A DNA stretch of 64,000 bases from assembly GCA_958295515.1 (NCBI GenBank), contig CATQGW010000001.1, forward strand, positions 1,006,658 to 1,070,657. The letters run 5' to 3'. Position 1 is the first letter of the stretch. Each line of letters starts with the position of its first letter. Below the pieces are notes generated by a model, which did no database searches, was not told the DNA's origin, and saw only the letters and a list, made by a program, of their open reading frames with translations. The position numbers and the translations under genes were made by a program. Positions 7,747 through 18,017 of the stretch are shown here, piece by piece. Source of the stretch: an uncultured Dehalococcoidia bacterium (GTDB taxonomy: Bacteria > Chloroflexota > Dehalococcoidia > Bin125).

Positions 7747-9750
7747 TTAGAGGCCGAGTTCGCGGAGGAAGGCTTCGGGGGTGGGTGGGCGGCCGAGGAA
7801 GGTTTTGGTTAGGGTTTCGCCGTCCTCTGTGCCGCCGGGTTCGAGGATTTGTTTGCGGTATTCGCGGCCTACGGACTCGGGGGATGATGCGGAGCCTTCG
7901 AAGCGGGTGAACATGTCGTCGCCGTAGACGCGGGACCAGAGGTAGCCGTAGTAGCCGGCGTCGTAGCCGAAGAGGTGGCCGAAGCCGGCCTGGAAGTGGG
8001 TGTCTTGGGGGAAGTCGAAGCCGGTGATGTGGTGGAGTTGGCGGGCGATGGCGTCGGTGTCTTTTTGTGCGCCGGGGGCGTGGTAGGCGAGGTCGAGGCG
8101 GGCGAAGTAGAGCTGGCGCAGGTTGGCGACGCCGCTGCTGAGGTGTTTGGCGGCGAGCATGCGGTCGAGCAGGTCGGCGGGGAGGGGGTCGCCGGTTTGC
8201 CAGTGGCGGCTGAAGCCGGCGAGCACGGCGGGGTCCCAGCACCAGTGCTCGAGCATTTGGGAGGGGGCTTCGACGAAGTCGCGCTCGACGCGGGTGCCGG
8301 AGAAGCGGGTGAAGCGGGCGCGGGTGAGGGTCTGGTGGAGGATGTGGCCGAATTCGTGGAAGAGGGTGATCACCTCGCCGTGGCGGAGCAGGGCGGGCGA
8401 GTCGGCGGTGGGTTTGGTGAAGTTGGCGACGATCGCGGAGATGGGCTGCTGGTAGCCGCCGTCGGGGGTTTGGCGTCCGCCGCGCAGGGTGAAGGCGGCG
8501 GCGTGGCCGAATTTGCCGGGGCGGGGGTGGAGGTCCATGTAGAAGCGGGCGAGCGGCTGGCTGTTCGATGAGCTGCTCGATGAGCCGTTGCTCGCGTCGA
8601 CGATGTCGTAGGGGCGGGCGTCGGGGTGCCAGGCCTGGTCTGCGGCGTCGGGGCGGGGGATGAATTGGACGCCGACGAGCCGCTGGTAGAGGTCGAACAT
8701 GCCGTCGAGCACGGCGTCGAGGGGGAAGTAGGCGGCGACTTCGAAGGGGTCGACGCGGTGTTCTTCGAGCAGGATGCGGTTGGTGTAGTAGCGCCAGTCC
8801 CAGATTTGGAGCGGGTTGTGGTCGCCGGTGCGGCGCTCGCGTTCGCGTTGGAGCAGGGCGAGGTCGTCGGCGAGTTTGGGGGCGAGGCGGGTTTCGAGGT
8901 CGGTGAGGAAGTCGAGCACATTGTCGGGCGATTTGGCCATGCGCAGTTCGAGCACATAGGCGGCCCAGGAGGGGTAGCCGAGTCGGCGGGCGATTTCGTC
9001 GCGCACGGCGATCGCTTCTTCGAGCAGTTCGAGGTTGGCGTCGGCGGCCTTGTTGTGGTTTTTGAGGAAGAGTTCGCGGCGCAGTTCGGGGTCGTGCGCG
9101 GAGTCGAGGAAGGGGTGCAGCTCGGGGTAGTCGAGGGAGACGCGATAGGTGGTTGCGCCGTTTTCTTCGTCGGTGCGCAGGCGGTCGATGTAGGAGTCGG
9201 GCAGGCCGTCGAGTTGGGCGCGGGAGAGGTGGATGGCGTCTTCGTAGTCGTCGATGTTGCGGCGGAACTGGATGCCGAGGCGGACGAGGCGTTCGTGCAG
9301 GTTGCGCACGACGTCGCGCTGTTCGGCGGGGAGCTCGAAGCCGTTGCGTCGGTAGTCGCGCAGGGCGAATTCGAGCAGGCGCGCGGCGTCGTGGGGCAGG
9401 GCTTCGGTTTCGGCGCGTGCGGCGTAGGCCTTGAGTGCGCGGTCGAGTTCTTCGCGGAAGCCGAGTCCGGCGGCGAAGATGTCGAGGCGTTGCTCTTCTT
9501 CGTGGGCGGTGTTGCGCAGTTCGGGGTCGGCGGAGACCTGGGCGAGGAAGCCGAAGCGTCCGTTGGTTTGGCCGATCAGGTCGCCGATTTCGTCGAGGGC
9601 GAGCACGGTGTTGTCGAAGCTGCGTTGGGCGTCGGGGACGGAGGCGATGGCGTCGATGCGGCGCTCGGCGTCGTCGATGGCGTGGGAGACGCCGCGGCGG
9701 ATGTCGTCGGGTGCGGTGTCGGCCCAGTTGGGGGTGTTGGTTTGGGGCAT
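7747..9750 (-). CDS. M3-family zinc oligopeptidase (Dcp / oligoendopeptidase-like).
   Basis: 667 aa. Contains the HEFGH zinc motif within ...EVITLFHEFGHILHQTL... Confidence 0.8.
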   Translation of the reverse strand: MPQTNTPNWADTAPDDIRRGVSHAIDDAERRIDAIASVPDAQRSFDNTVLALDEIGDLIGQTNGRFGFLAQVSADPELRNTAHEEEQRLDIFAAGLGFREELDRALKAYAARAETEALPHDAARLLEFALRDYRRNGFELPAEQRDVVRNLHERLVRLGIQFRRNIDDYEDAIHLSRAQLDGLPDSYIDRLRTDEENGATTYRVSLDYPELHPFLDSAHDPELRRELFLKNHNKAADANLELLEEAIAVRDEIARRLGYPSWAAYVLELRMAKSPDNVLDFLTDLETRLAPKLADDLALLQRERERRTGDHNPLQIWDWRYYTNRILLEEHRVDPFEVAAYFPLDAVLDGMFDLYQRLVGVQFIPRPDAADQAWHPDARPYDIVDASNGSSSSSSNSQPLARFYMDLHPRPGKFGHAAAFTLRGGRQTPDGGYQQPISAIVANFTKPTADSPALLRHGEVITLFHEFGHILHQTLTRARFTRFSGTRVERDFVEAPSQMLEHWCWDPAVLAGFSRHWQTGDPLPADLLDRMLAAKHLSSGVANLRQLYFARLDLAYHAPGAQKDTDAIARQLHHITGFDFPQDTHFQAGFGHLFGYDAGYYGYLWSRVYGDDMFTRFEGSASSPESVGREYRKQILEPGGTEDGETLTKTFLGRPPTPEAFLRELGL

Positions 9751-9817
9751 GGGTTGCTCCTCAGGGAGAGGGTAGGGCGCGGATGGGGGTGGGTGCGACG
9801 GAAGGGAGGGTGCGGGT

Positions 9818-10618
9818 ATGGTTGGGGCGGCAGGAGTTTGTGTGACTGACGACGATGTGGCTCAGTTGGCTCAGCCGCTGGTGGGGCGGATTGCGCTGGT
9901 GACGGGGTCTTCGCGGGGGATTGGGCGGGAGATTGCGCTGGAGCTGGCGCGCGGGGGGGCGGATATCGCGGTCAACTATGCGCGCTCCGAGGCGGCCGCG
10001 GCCGCGGTGGCTGCGGAGATTGCGGCTTTGGGGCGGCGCAGCCTGCCGATCCGCGCCGATGTTTCGGATCCTGAGGCAGTGGCGGCGATGCTGAAGGCGG
10101 TGGGCGACGAACTGGGACGCCCGGACATTCTGGTCAACAACGCGGGGATCACGCGCGACACGCTGGCGATGCGGATGAAGGACGACGACTGGTCGGCGGT
10201 GCTGGCGACCAACCTGACGGGCGCGTTTCTGGTCACGCGGGCTTGCCTGCGGGGGATGATTCGGGGGCGCTGGGGGCGGATCATCACGATTGGCTCGGTG
10301 ATCGGGACGATGGGCAACCCTGGGCAGATCAACTACGCGGCGGCGAAGGCGGGGCTGGCGGGGATGACCCGCTCGCTGGCGAAGGAGCTCGGCTCGCGCA
10401 ACGTGACGGTGAATCTCGTTGCGCCGGGCTTCATCCGCACGGACATCACGGCGGACCTGACGCAGGAGCAGATCGACGCGGTGCTCAGCCAGGTGCCGCT
10501 GGAGCGGCTCGGCGATCCCGACGATGTGGCGCCGCTGGTGGCGTTTCTGGCGGGAGAGGGCGGGCGCTACATCACGGGGCAGGTGATCCATGTCGACGGC
10601 GGGCTGGTAATGTCTTAA
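9818..10618 (+). CDS. fabG: 3-oxoacyl-ACP reductase FabG (SDR). The true start may be the downstream GTG at ~9860.
   Basis: TGSSRGIG Rossmann motif, NAG motif and the YAAAK catalytic motif. It sits directly upstream of fabD. Confidence 0.8.
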   Translation: MVGAAGVCVTDDDVAQLAQPLVGRIALVTGSSRGIGREIALELARGGADIAVNYARSEAAAAAVAAEIAALGRRSLPIRADVSDPEAVAAMLKAVGDELGRPDILVNNAGITRDTLAMRMKDDDWSAVLATNLTGAFLVTRACLRGMIRGRWGRIITIGSVIGTMGNPGQINYAAAKAGLAGMTRSLAKELGSRNVTVNLVAPGFIRTDITADLTQEQIDAVLSQVPLERLGDPDDVAPLVAFLAGEGGRYITGQVIHVDGGLVMS

Positions 10619-10786
10619 CGGAACGGTTCACGCAGATCGCAGCGCGCACACGCTCCGCGTGTGAGATGCGCAGCGCGCGACAGGCTCTTCACGACAGGGC
10701 ACTCATCAGCGCCGCCAGGCGGATACAATCAACAGAACAACACCAGTGCGCCCGCGCGCAGCGCGAGCCGCCGGCGGGGATCATCA

Positions 10787-11797
10787 ATGGACGCTCAGCA
10801 GGCACTAGCCCCCGATGTCAGGGAAGAGGACGAGTACGCGATCGTCTTCCCCGGTCAGGGTTCGCAATCGGTGGGGATGGCGGGCAAGGTGCTGCATGTC
10901 TACCCGGGCGCGGAGCACTGGTTCGAGCGGGCGAATCAGCTGCTCGACTACGACCTGCTCGATCTGATTGAGCGCGGCCCGGTGGAAGACTTGAATGAGA
11001 CGGAGCATTCGCAGCCGGCGATTTTCGTGGCGAGCGTGGCCTGGCTGGAGGCGCTGCGGGGGAAGTGGAGCGAGGCGGGGCGGCGGCTGTCGCCGACGGT
11101 GGTCTCCGGGCACAGCATGGGGCAGATCACGGCGATGTTCTCGGCGGGGGCGATCAACTTCGACGAGGCGCTGGCGCTGGTCAAGCGGCGCGGGGAGCTG
11201 ATGCGCGAGGCGAATCTGCGCCGCCCCGGTGGGATGGCTTCGATTATCGGTCTGCGCGATCGGGTGCTGCGGGGGCTGGTGGGTGAGGCGGCGAACGACG
11301 GGACGATCGTGGTGGCCAACGACAACTGCCCGGGGCAGACGGTGGTCTCGGGGGACGACGCGCCGCTGCGGCGGCTGATGCGGCTGGCGGAGGATCATGG
11401 GGCGCGGCGGGTGGTGCGGCTGCCGATCTCGATTGCCTCGCACTCGCCGCTGATGGCGGACGCGCAGACGCAGTTCCGTCAGGCGGTGCAGACGGTGAAG
11501 TGGCGCGATCCGGCGGTGCCGGTGGTGAGCAACATCAGCGGCGGGCTGATGCACCAGCGGGAGCAGCTGGTGCATGAGCTCTCGGACGCGCTGACCGCGC
11601 CGGTGGATTGGCAGTCGGCGGTGAAGACGATGGCGGCGCAGGGTTCGACGCTGTTCGTGGAGGCGGGGCCGGGCGATGTGCTCTCGAAGCTCGTGCGGCG
11701 CATTTCGCGCACCTCGTGGACGTTCCCGCTGTCGGACGAGGACGCGGGGCTGGGCGCGCGGGACTATCCCGACAAGAGTGACGGGATTCCCAAGTGA
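10787..11797 (+). CDS. fabD: Malonyl-CoA:ACP transacylase FabD.
   Basis: Starts MDAQQALAP...AIVFPGQGSQSVGMAG and contains the GHSMGQ active-site motif. Track ORF 10661 begins upstream; I chose the ATG at 10787 to fit the FabD N-terminus. Confidence 0.8.
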   Translation: MDAQQALAPDVREEDEYAIVFPGQGSQSVGMAGKVLHVYPGAEHWFERANQLLDYDLLDLIERGPVEDLNETEHSQPAIFVASVAWLEALRGKWSEAGRRLSPTVVSGHSMGQITAMFSAGAINFDEALALVKRRGELMREANLRRPGGMASIIGLRDRVLRGLVGEAANDGTIVVANDNCPGQTVVSGDDAPLRRLMRLAEDHGARRVVRLPISIASHSPLMADAQTQFRQAVQTVKWRDPAVPVVSNISGGLMHQREQLVHELSDALTAPVDWQSAVKTMAAQGSTLFVEAGPGDVLSKLVRRISRTSWTFPLSDEDAGLGARDYPDKSDGIPK

Positions 11798-11843
11798 GCA
11801 GCATGCGCCGGCCGGCTGGGCCCTGGGCGCATTGGCTGAGCTG

Positions 11844-13091
11844 ATGCGTCGCACCGTGATCACCGGTTTGGGCGCGGTTACTCCGGTCGGCGCGACGATG
11901 CCGACGACCTGGGATGCGTTGGTCGGGGGGGACAGCGGTGTGGGGCGGCTGCAGCGATTCGATCCGGACGAGGCCGGCCTGCGCATTCCGCTGGCGGCCG
12001 AGGTGCGCGACTTTGATCCGGACGCGGTGCTGCCGAACGACAAGGCGCTGCGCCATATCGACCGTAATGTGCAATACGGCCTGGCTACGGCGCTGGAGGC
12101 GCTGGAGGATTCCGGGCTGGAGATCAACGAGGACAATCGGGGGCGGGTGGGAGTGATTTTCGGCAGCGGCGGTGGGGGGATGGAGCTGGTGATTCACTGG
12201 GAGCGGGTGTTGCAGGCGCGGGGGGCGCGGCGGGTCTCGCCGTTTGCGATGCCGAATCTGATTGCGGATGCGGCGAGCGGGCACATTTCGATTGCGACGG
12301 GCGCGGCGGGGCCCAACTACTCGCCGACCTCGGCGTGCGCGACCGGCGCGAACGCGGTGGCGGACGGGATGCTGCATATTGGGGCGGGGCGGGCGGACGC
12401 GCTGATCGTGGGCGGCTCGGAGGCGATCATTCTGCCGCTGTTCCATGCCTGCTTCGAGCGGATGGGGGTGCTCTCCTCGCTGACCGAACCGCTGTCCGCG
12501 TCGTGCCGTCCCTATGACCTGCACCGCGACGGCTTCGTGCCGGGCGAGGGCGCGGCGGCGCTGATGATTGAAGAGCTGGAGCACGCGCGGGCGCGGGGGG
12601 CGCACATTTACGCGGAGGTGGTCGGGGGCGGGAGCGCGAACGACGCGCACGACATGGCGCAACCGGACGGCGATGGTCTGGGGCTGATGATCGCGGTGGA
12701 GCAGGCGTTCAATCAGTCGCAGATTGATCCGCGCGAGGTGGGCTACATCAGCACGCACGGGACGGGCACCAAGCTCGGCGATTTGGTGGAGACGACGGCG
12801 ATTAAACGGATCTTCGGGGCGCATGCGGAGGAGCTGTCGCTGTCCTCGATTAAGCCGGCGACGGGGCACATGATGGGTGCGAGCGGGGCGCTGGAGGTGA
12901 GCGTCTGCGCGCTGGCGCTGGATCGCGGGGTGGCTCCGCCGACGCTCAACTACGAAACCCCCGACCCGGACTGCGACCTCGACTGCATCCCCAACGAGGC
13001 GCGGGAATTGGATTTGGAGGCGGCGCTTTCGTTTTCGGTGGGTCTCGGCGGGCACAACGCCGCCGTGCTGTTGAAGCGTTACCGCGAATGA
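11844..13091 (+). CDS. Beta-ketoacyl-ACP synthase II (FabF/KasA-like), copy 1.
   Basis: The Cys-His-His triad is present (SACATG, ISTHGTGT, GHMMGASGALE). Its stop TGA overlaps the next gene's ATG (ATGA). Confidence 0.8.
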   Translation: MRRTVITGLGAVTPVGATMPTTWDALVGGDSGVGRLQRFDPDEAGLRIPLAAEVRDFDPDAVLPNDKALRHIDRNVQYGLATALEALEDSGLEINEDNRGRVGVIFGSGGGGMELVIHWERVLQARGARRVSPFAMPNLIADAASGHISIATGAAGPNYSPTSACATGANAVADGMLHIGAGRADALIVGGSEAIILPLFHACFERMGVLSSLTEPLSASCRPYDLHRDGFVPGEGAAALMIEELEHARARGAHIYAEVVGGGSANDAHDMAQPDGDGLGLMIAVEQAFNQSQIDPREVGYISTHGTGTKLGDLVETTAIKRIFGAHAEELSLSSIKPATGHMMGASGALEVSVCALALDRGVAPPTLNYETPDPDCDLDCIPNEARELDLEAALSFSVGLGGHNAAVLLKRYRE

Positions 13092-14329
13092 CGGAGCGCG
13101 TGGTGATCACGGGGATTGGGCCGGTTACGCCGATCGGGATCGGGGTGGAGACCTTCTGGGAGTCGCTGCGCGAGGGGCGCTCCGGGGTGCGGCGGGTGCC
13201 GTCGCTGGTGGATGCGGGACTGAAGGTGCAGATCGCCGCGGACATCCCCGAGTTCGAGCCGAACGATTTCATGGATGCCAAGGCGGCGCGTCGGATGGCG
13301 CGTTTCTCGCAGCTGGCGGTGGCGGCGTCGCAGCTGGCCGTCGCGGACGCGGGGCTGGAGCTCGAGGACTGGGACCCGGAGCGGGTCGCCACGGTGGTCA
13401 ATACGGGCGGTGGGGGAGTGACGACGATCGCGGATCAGTCCGCGGTGCTCAATGATCGGGGGCCGGGGCGGGTTTCGGCGCTGTTCGTGCCGATGATGGC
13501 GGGGAATATGGCTTCCTGTCAGGTCTCGATTCAGCTGGGGCTGCGGGGGCCGACGATCACCTCGCTGGCGGCCTGCGCGAGCAGCGTGTACGCCTTTATC
13601 GACGGTCGCCAGCTGCTGCTCGGCGGCGAGGCGGAGCTGGCGCTGGCCGGCGGGACGGAATCGAATGTCTCGCCGCTGGGCATCGCGGGGCTGGCGAATA
13701 TGCATGCGCTCTCGCGCCGCAACGACGAGCCGACGCGCGCTTCGCGTCCGTTCGACCGCGACCGCGATGGGTTTGTGTTCGGCGAGGGCGCGGTGGTCTG
13801 CATTCTGGAAACGCTCGAGGCGGCGCGTGCGCGTGGGGCGCGGATTTACGCGGAGGTGCTGGGCGGAGGGCGGACTGCGGACGCGTTCCACATCACCGCG
13901 CCGGATCCGCAGGGCGAGGGGGCGGCGCGGGCGATGCGGGCGGCGCTGCGCAACTCGCAACTCGAACCGGAGGCGATCGACTACATCTGCGCGCACGGGA
14001 CGGGCACGGCGCTGAACGACGCGATCGAGACGCGGGCGATCCACGATGTGTTCGGGGAGCACGCGAAGCGGCTGGCGGTCAGCTCGCCGAAGAGCATGAC
14101 GGGTCACCTGATGGGTGCGGCGGGGGCGCTGTCGGCGGCGGCGGCGGCGCTGGCGCTGTATCACGGGGTGCTGCCGCCGACGATCAACCATGAGCACTCG
14201 GATCCGGAGTGCGATCTGGACTACGTGCCGCAGCGCTCGCGGCCGGCGGAGTTGCGCGCGGCGCTGGTGAACGGGTTCGGTTTCGGGGGTCAGAACGGGG
14301 TTGTCGCGCTGGCGCGGCTCAGTGAGTAG
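13088..14329 (+). CDS. Beta-ketoacyl-ACP synthase II (FabF/KasB-like), copy 2.
   Basis: 413 aa with the active-site Cys retained (AACASS) and ICAHGTGT and GHLMGAAGA motifs. This is a true KAS, not a chain-length factor. Confidence 0.8.
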   Translation: MTERVVITGIGPVTPIGIGVETFWESLREGRSGVRRVPSLVDAGLKVQIAADIPEFEPNDFMDAKAARRMARFSQLAVAASQLAVADAGLELEDWDPERVATVVNTGGGGVTTIADQSAVLNDRGPGRVSALFVPMMAGNMASCQVSIQLGLRGPTITSLAACASSVYAFIDGRQLLLGGEAELALAGGTESNVSPLGIAGLANMHALSRRNDEPTRASRPFDRDRDGFVFGEGAVVCILETLEAARARGARIYAEVLGGGRTADAFHITAPDPQGEGAARAMRAALRNSQLEPEAIDYICAHGTGTALNDAIETRAIHDVFGEHAKRLAVSSPKSMTGHLMGAAGALSAAAAALALYHGVLPPTINHEHSDPECDLDYVPQRSRPAELRAALVNGFGFGGQNGVVALARLSE

Positions 14330-14389
14330 CCTCAGGGCACAGCGCGCCGCCGAATCGCGGCGGGTAAGACCATGCCTGAGGGAGCGCCG

Positions 14390-14644
14390 ATGAGCACCGT
14401 GCAGGACCGCGTGCAGCAACTGATCGCCGACCAGCTGCGCCAGCCGCTGGAGAAGGTCACCAGCGACGCCCACCTGATCGACGATCTCGACGCCGATTCG
14501 CTCGACATCGTTGATCTGACGATCGCCATTGAGGAAGAGTTTTCGACGGAGGAGAACCAGCTGGAGATTCCGGAAGAGGATGCGTCGGAGATTCGCACGG
14601 TGCAGCAGATGCTGGACTACCTCGCGGCGCAGGGCGTCGCCTGA
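14390..14644 (+). CDS. acpP: Acyl carrier protein.
   Basis: MSTVQDRVQQLIADQL...DLDADSLDIVDL, carrying the DSL phosphopantetheine-attachment site. A GAGGGAG RBS lies upstream. Confidence 0.85.
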   Translation: MSTVQDRVQQLIADQLRQPLEKVTSDAHLIDDLDADSLDIVDLTIAIEEEFSTEENQLEIPEEDASEIRTVQQMLDYLAAQGVA

Positions 14645-14649
14645 GCGTC

Positions 14650-14943
14650 GTGCCGCTCCAGCGGATCCGGGCGGGAGCGATTCCCGGCGCCGAGGCGGCG
14701 CGGCGGGCGGCGCAACTCAACGCGGAAGCGATGCGGTTGCCGCAGGGACGCACGCTGCTCAACCGCTCGGTCGACTCCGCTTCCGCGCTGATCGTCGTGG
14801 AGGGGGCAATCCACATCGGGGTGGCGGATGATGATGCGCTGCTCTCGCAGGGCGAGGGGGTGCTGCTGCCTGCGGGGGCGGCCTACTCGCTGCGCGCGGA
14901 GCAGGAGGCGGTTGCGTTTCTGTTCTCCACGCGGGGGGAATAG
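14650..14943 (+). CDS. Small cupin-like protein.
   Basis: 97-aa ORF with a beta-rich segment (ALIVVEGAIHIGVADDDALLSQGEGVLLPAGAAYSLRA) resembling cupin_2. This rests on weak motif evidence only. Confidence 0.35.
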   Translation: MPLQRIRAGAIPGAEAARRAAQLNAEAMRLPQGRTLLNRSVDSASALIVVEGAIHIGVADDDALLSQGEGVLLPAGAAYSLRAEQEAVAFLFSTRGE

Positions 14944-14958
14944 CTGCGCATCGGCGGC

Positions 14959-15324
14959 TTGCTCGAAGGCTCCAGCGCATCAAAGCGAACGCGGATTTCG
15001 TATTCTGGGATCCAGACGCTGCGAGGCTTGGGCGTCATGGGGAATGTTCAGATGAAGAATGAGCGGGTGCGCTCGGAGTTGGCCGGCAAGCTGCGCGCAT
15101 ACCTCGTGGGTGGCGCTGATGTCGGCGACATCCTCGAGTTTGAGGCAGGCTACGGCCTGGATGATGAGATTGACAATGACCTGCGCCTGCTTCTGGATGG
15201 CCTCGCGCTGGTCGGATACGAAGTGCTCAGCGGCTGGGCGGCGACTTCGCACTTTGATGATCTGGCGCGTGACACGCTGGACAAGCTCCTGCCGACCGTC
15301 GCTGCGGAAGCCGCGGCGGATTGA
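14959..15324 (+). CDS. Hypothetical acidic protein.
   Basis: ORF with plausible composition. No recognisable domain. Confidence 0.25.
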   Translation: MLEGSSASKRTRISYSGIQTLRGLGVMGNVQMKNERVRSELAGKLRAYLVGGADVGDILEFEAGYGLDDEIDNDLRLLLDGLALVGYEVLSGWAATSHFDDLARDTLDKLLPTVAAEAAAD

Positions 15325-15626
15325 CCGCTGCGCCGCCCGCCGGCGTGGATGCGGGAGAGTCTCCGAAACGGTGCGGGGGCGGTGCTTGGAGCGGCGTGGG
15401 TACCGCGATGCGGCGCGCTCGGCTACACTTGGTGGACGATGCGCGGAACCGGGATCATCGCAATGAGTGGAGCGAGCGTCGCTGTAGCGAGCGGCTCCGC
15501 GCTGCGCGCAGGCGGTTGAACGGCCGTTGAGCGATGCGACGGAGCCCCACGCCGGTCGAGTGGCCGGCGTTTCCTGTATCCCAACCCGGCCGGCAGGCCG
15601 GTCTGAGACGAGCGAAATGAGCAGCC

Positions 15627-17306
15627 ATGCGACTGTCCGGCGCTGAAATCCTGATGGAATGCCTTCGCGCGGAGGGGGTTGATGTCTTCTTCGGCTACCC
15701 CGGCGGGGTGGTGCTGCCGCTGTACCACAAGCTGGGCGCGTATCCGGATGTGAAGCACGTGCTGGTGCGGCATGAGCAGGCGGCGGCGCACGCGGCGGAC
15801 GGCTACGCGCGGGTTTCGGGGCGCACCGGCGTTTGCCTGGCGACCTCGGGACCGGGCGCGACCAACCTGGTGACCGGGATCACGACGGCGCACATGGATT
15901 CGGTGCCGATTGTGGTGATCACCGGCAACGTGGCGCGGGACCTGATTGGTCGGGACGGCTTCCAGGAGGCGGACATCACGGGGATCACGCTGCCGATCAC
16001 GAAGCACAACTATCTGCTGATGCGGGCGAGCGAGATCGCGCAGGCGGTGAAGGAGGCGTTCCACATCGCTTCGACGGGGCGCAAGGGGCCGGTGTTGGTG
16101 GATATCCCCAAGGATGTGTTCATCGAGGAGGCCGATTGGGACGGGTATCCGACCGATGTGAGCCTGCGCGGGTATCCGATTATGGATATCCCGCGCGACG
16201 ATGAGGTGGCGGTGGCGGCGGATGTGATCAACAGCGCCAAGAAGCCGATCATCATCGCGGGGCACGGGGTGGTGCAGTCGGGCGCGGCCGCGGAGCTGCG
16301 CCAGCTGGCGGAGCTGGCCGATGTGCCGGTGCTGACTACGTTGCTGGGCATCTCGGGCTTCCCCGATGATCACCCGCTGTCCTTCGGCTTTCTCGGCATG
16401 CATGGGCACTTCTACGCGAATATGGCGGCGGACCGTGCGGATGTGGTGATTGGGATTGGGATGCGCTTCGACGACCGCGCGATGGGGCGGTTCAAGGACT
16501 TCAACCCGACGGCGCGGATCGTGCATATCGACATCGACCCGGCCGAGATCGGCAAGAATTTCCACACGCATGCGCCGGTCAACGGGGATGTGCGGGAGAC
16601 GCTGCTGCGTCTGCTGCCGCGGCTCGAACCGGTCTCGCACCCGCAGTGGCGGGCCGAGATTGAGGCGATTAAGGCGGATCACCCGACCAACTACATCGAC
16701 GAGGGCACTGCGGTGACCGGTCCCTGGCTGGTGCAGGCGCTGGCGGAGGAGACGGAAGGGCAAGCGACGGTGGTGACCGGGGTTGGCCAGCACCAGATGT
16801 GGGGGGCGCAGTATTACCCGTACACGCGGCCGCGGCAGTGGGTGACCTCGGGCGGGTTGGGCACGATGGGTTATGAGGTGCCGGCGGCGATGGGGGCGCA
16901 GTTCGCGCAGCAGGAGCCGGTCTGGTCGATCTGCGGCGACGGCGGGTTCCAGATGACCTCGCAGGAGCTGCAGACGGTGCGGGAGCACGACCTGCCGGTG
17001 CGCTTTGCAATCTTCAACAACGGCTTCCTCGGTATGGTGCGGCAGTGGCAGGAGCTGTTCTACGAGAACAACTACCACTCGGTGGATATCGGCCAGCCGG
17101 ACTTCGTGAAGCTGGCGGAGGCCTACGGCATCCCCGGGCTGCGGGCGACGACGCGCGCGGAGGCGCGGCAGGTGATTCGGGAGGCGGAGGCGCTCGATGG
17201 GCCGGTCGTGATCGACTTCCAGCTGGAGCCGGAAGAGAATGTGTGGCCGATGGTGCCCGCGGGGGCGGCGCTCTCGGAGACGATCGAATCCGCTGAAGAC
17301 CTGTAG
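15627..17306 (+). CDS. ilvB: Acetolactate synthase large subunit.
   Basis: 559 aa with a ThDP-enzyme fold (GYPGG, ...GMHG..., GLGTMGY). Confidence 0.9.
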   Translation: MRLSGAEILMECLRAEGVDVFFGYPGGVVLPLYHKLGAYPDVKHVLVRHEQAAAHAADGYARVSGRTGVCLATSGPGATNLVTGITTAHMDSVPIVVITGNVARDLIGRDGFQEADITGITLPITKHNYLLMRASEIAQAVKEAFHIASTGRKGPVLVDIPKDVFIEEADWDGYPTDVSLRGYPIMDIPRDDEVAVAADVINSAKKPIIIAGHGVVQSGAAAELRQLAELADVPVLTTLLGISGFPDDHPLSFGFLGMHGHFYANMAADRADVVIGIGMRFDDRAMGRFKDFNPTARIVHIDIDPAEIGKNFHTHAPVNGDVRETLLRLLPRLEPVSHPQWRAEIEAIKADHPTNYIDEGTAVTGPWLVQALAEETEGQATVVTGVGQHQMWGAQYYPYTRPRQWVTSGGLGTMGYEVPAAMGAQFAQQEPVWSICGDGGFQMTSQELQTVREHDLPVRFAIFNNGFLGMVRQWQELFYENNYHSVDIGQPDFVKLAEAYGIPGLRATTRAEARQVIREAEALDGPVVIDFQLEPEENVWPMVPAGAALSETIESAEDL

Positions 17307-17366
17307 GCAGACCTGTCGGCAGACCTATAGGCAGGCTTGTAAGCAGGAAGTGGGGAGCGTATCGAG

Positions 17367-17954
17367 ATGGCTTCGCGCAATACGATTGTCGCGCATGTGG
17401 AGGACCGGCCCGGGGTGCTGGCGCGCGTCGCCTCGCTCTTTCGGCGGCGCGGCTTCAACATTGAGAGTCTGACCGTGGGGCAGTGCGAAGAGCCGGGACT
17501 GAGCCGCATGACGATCGTGGTCGACGGCGATGATCACCAGGTTGATCAGGTTTGCCGGCAGCTGTTCAAGCTGATCGATGTCGTGTCGATCTTCGACATC
17601 ACGTACGAGCCGATGGTGGATCGGGAGTTGGCGCTGATCAAAGTCTCGGCGACCAACTTCAACCGGCGCGAGGTGCTGGATGTGGTGGAGATGTTCCGCG
17701 CCGATGTGGTGGACGTACACAGCGATTCGCTGATCGTGCAGATCCTCGGCGACGAGGGCAAGGTGAACGCCGCGCTGGGGATGTTCCAGCAGTTCGGCGT
17801 GCTGGAGATGGTGCGCACGGGGCGCGTGGCGATGCGTCGCGGGGTGGAGACCTCGAAGCCGCCGCCGGTGAGCGACTCGCAGCAGGCGGCGGCGGCGGTC
17901 CGGGCGATGCTCGGGCGCCGTCCGGAGGGCGTGCTGCCCTTCGCCAGCGACTGA
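17367..17954 (+). CDS. ilvN: Acetolactate synthase small (regulatory, ACT) subunit.
   Basis: N-terminal ACT domain (IVAHVEDRPGVLARVASLFRRRGFNIESL). Confidence 0.85.
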   Translation: MASRNTIVAHVEDRPGVLARVASLFRRRGFNIESLTVGQCEEPGLSRMTIVVDGDDHQVDQVCRQLFKLIDVVSIFDITYEPMVDRELALIKVSATNFNRREVLDVVEMFRADVVDVHSDSLIVQILGDEGKVNAALGMFQQFGVLEMVRTGRVAMRRGVETSKPPPVSDSQQAAAAVRAMLGRRPEGVLPFASD

Positions 17955-18017
17955 ACCCGCAACCGCTGCAACGCAGCGACAACGCGAAACGACCGCGAAG
18001 AACAGAAGGAGAGTCTG

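Noticed and set aside
15325-15626. ilvB leader peptide or attenuator.
   Set aside because: A GC hairpin (ggccggc...gccggcc) exists at ~15570-15610. But I found no convincing Val/Leu/Ile-rich leader ORF, so I did not call it.
15423-17078. 551-aa minus-strand ORF antisense to ilvB. Similar long antisense or out-of-frame ORFs (1303..2784, 11535..13055, 13079..14473, 17325..18956, 30237..32375, 33996..36254, 37765..40128 and others) were treated the same way.
   Set aside because: They are low-complexity Arg/Pro/Gly-rich translations opposite or overlapping genes with clear family motifs, which is the typical pattern of open frames in ~70% GC DNA.
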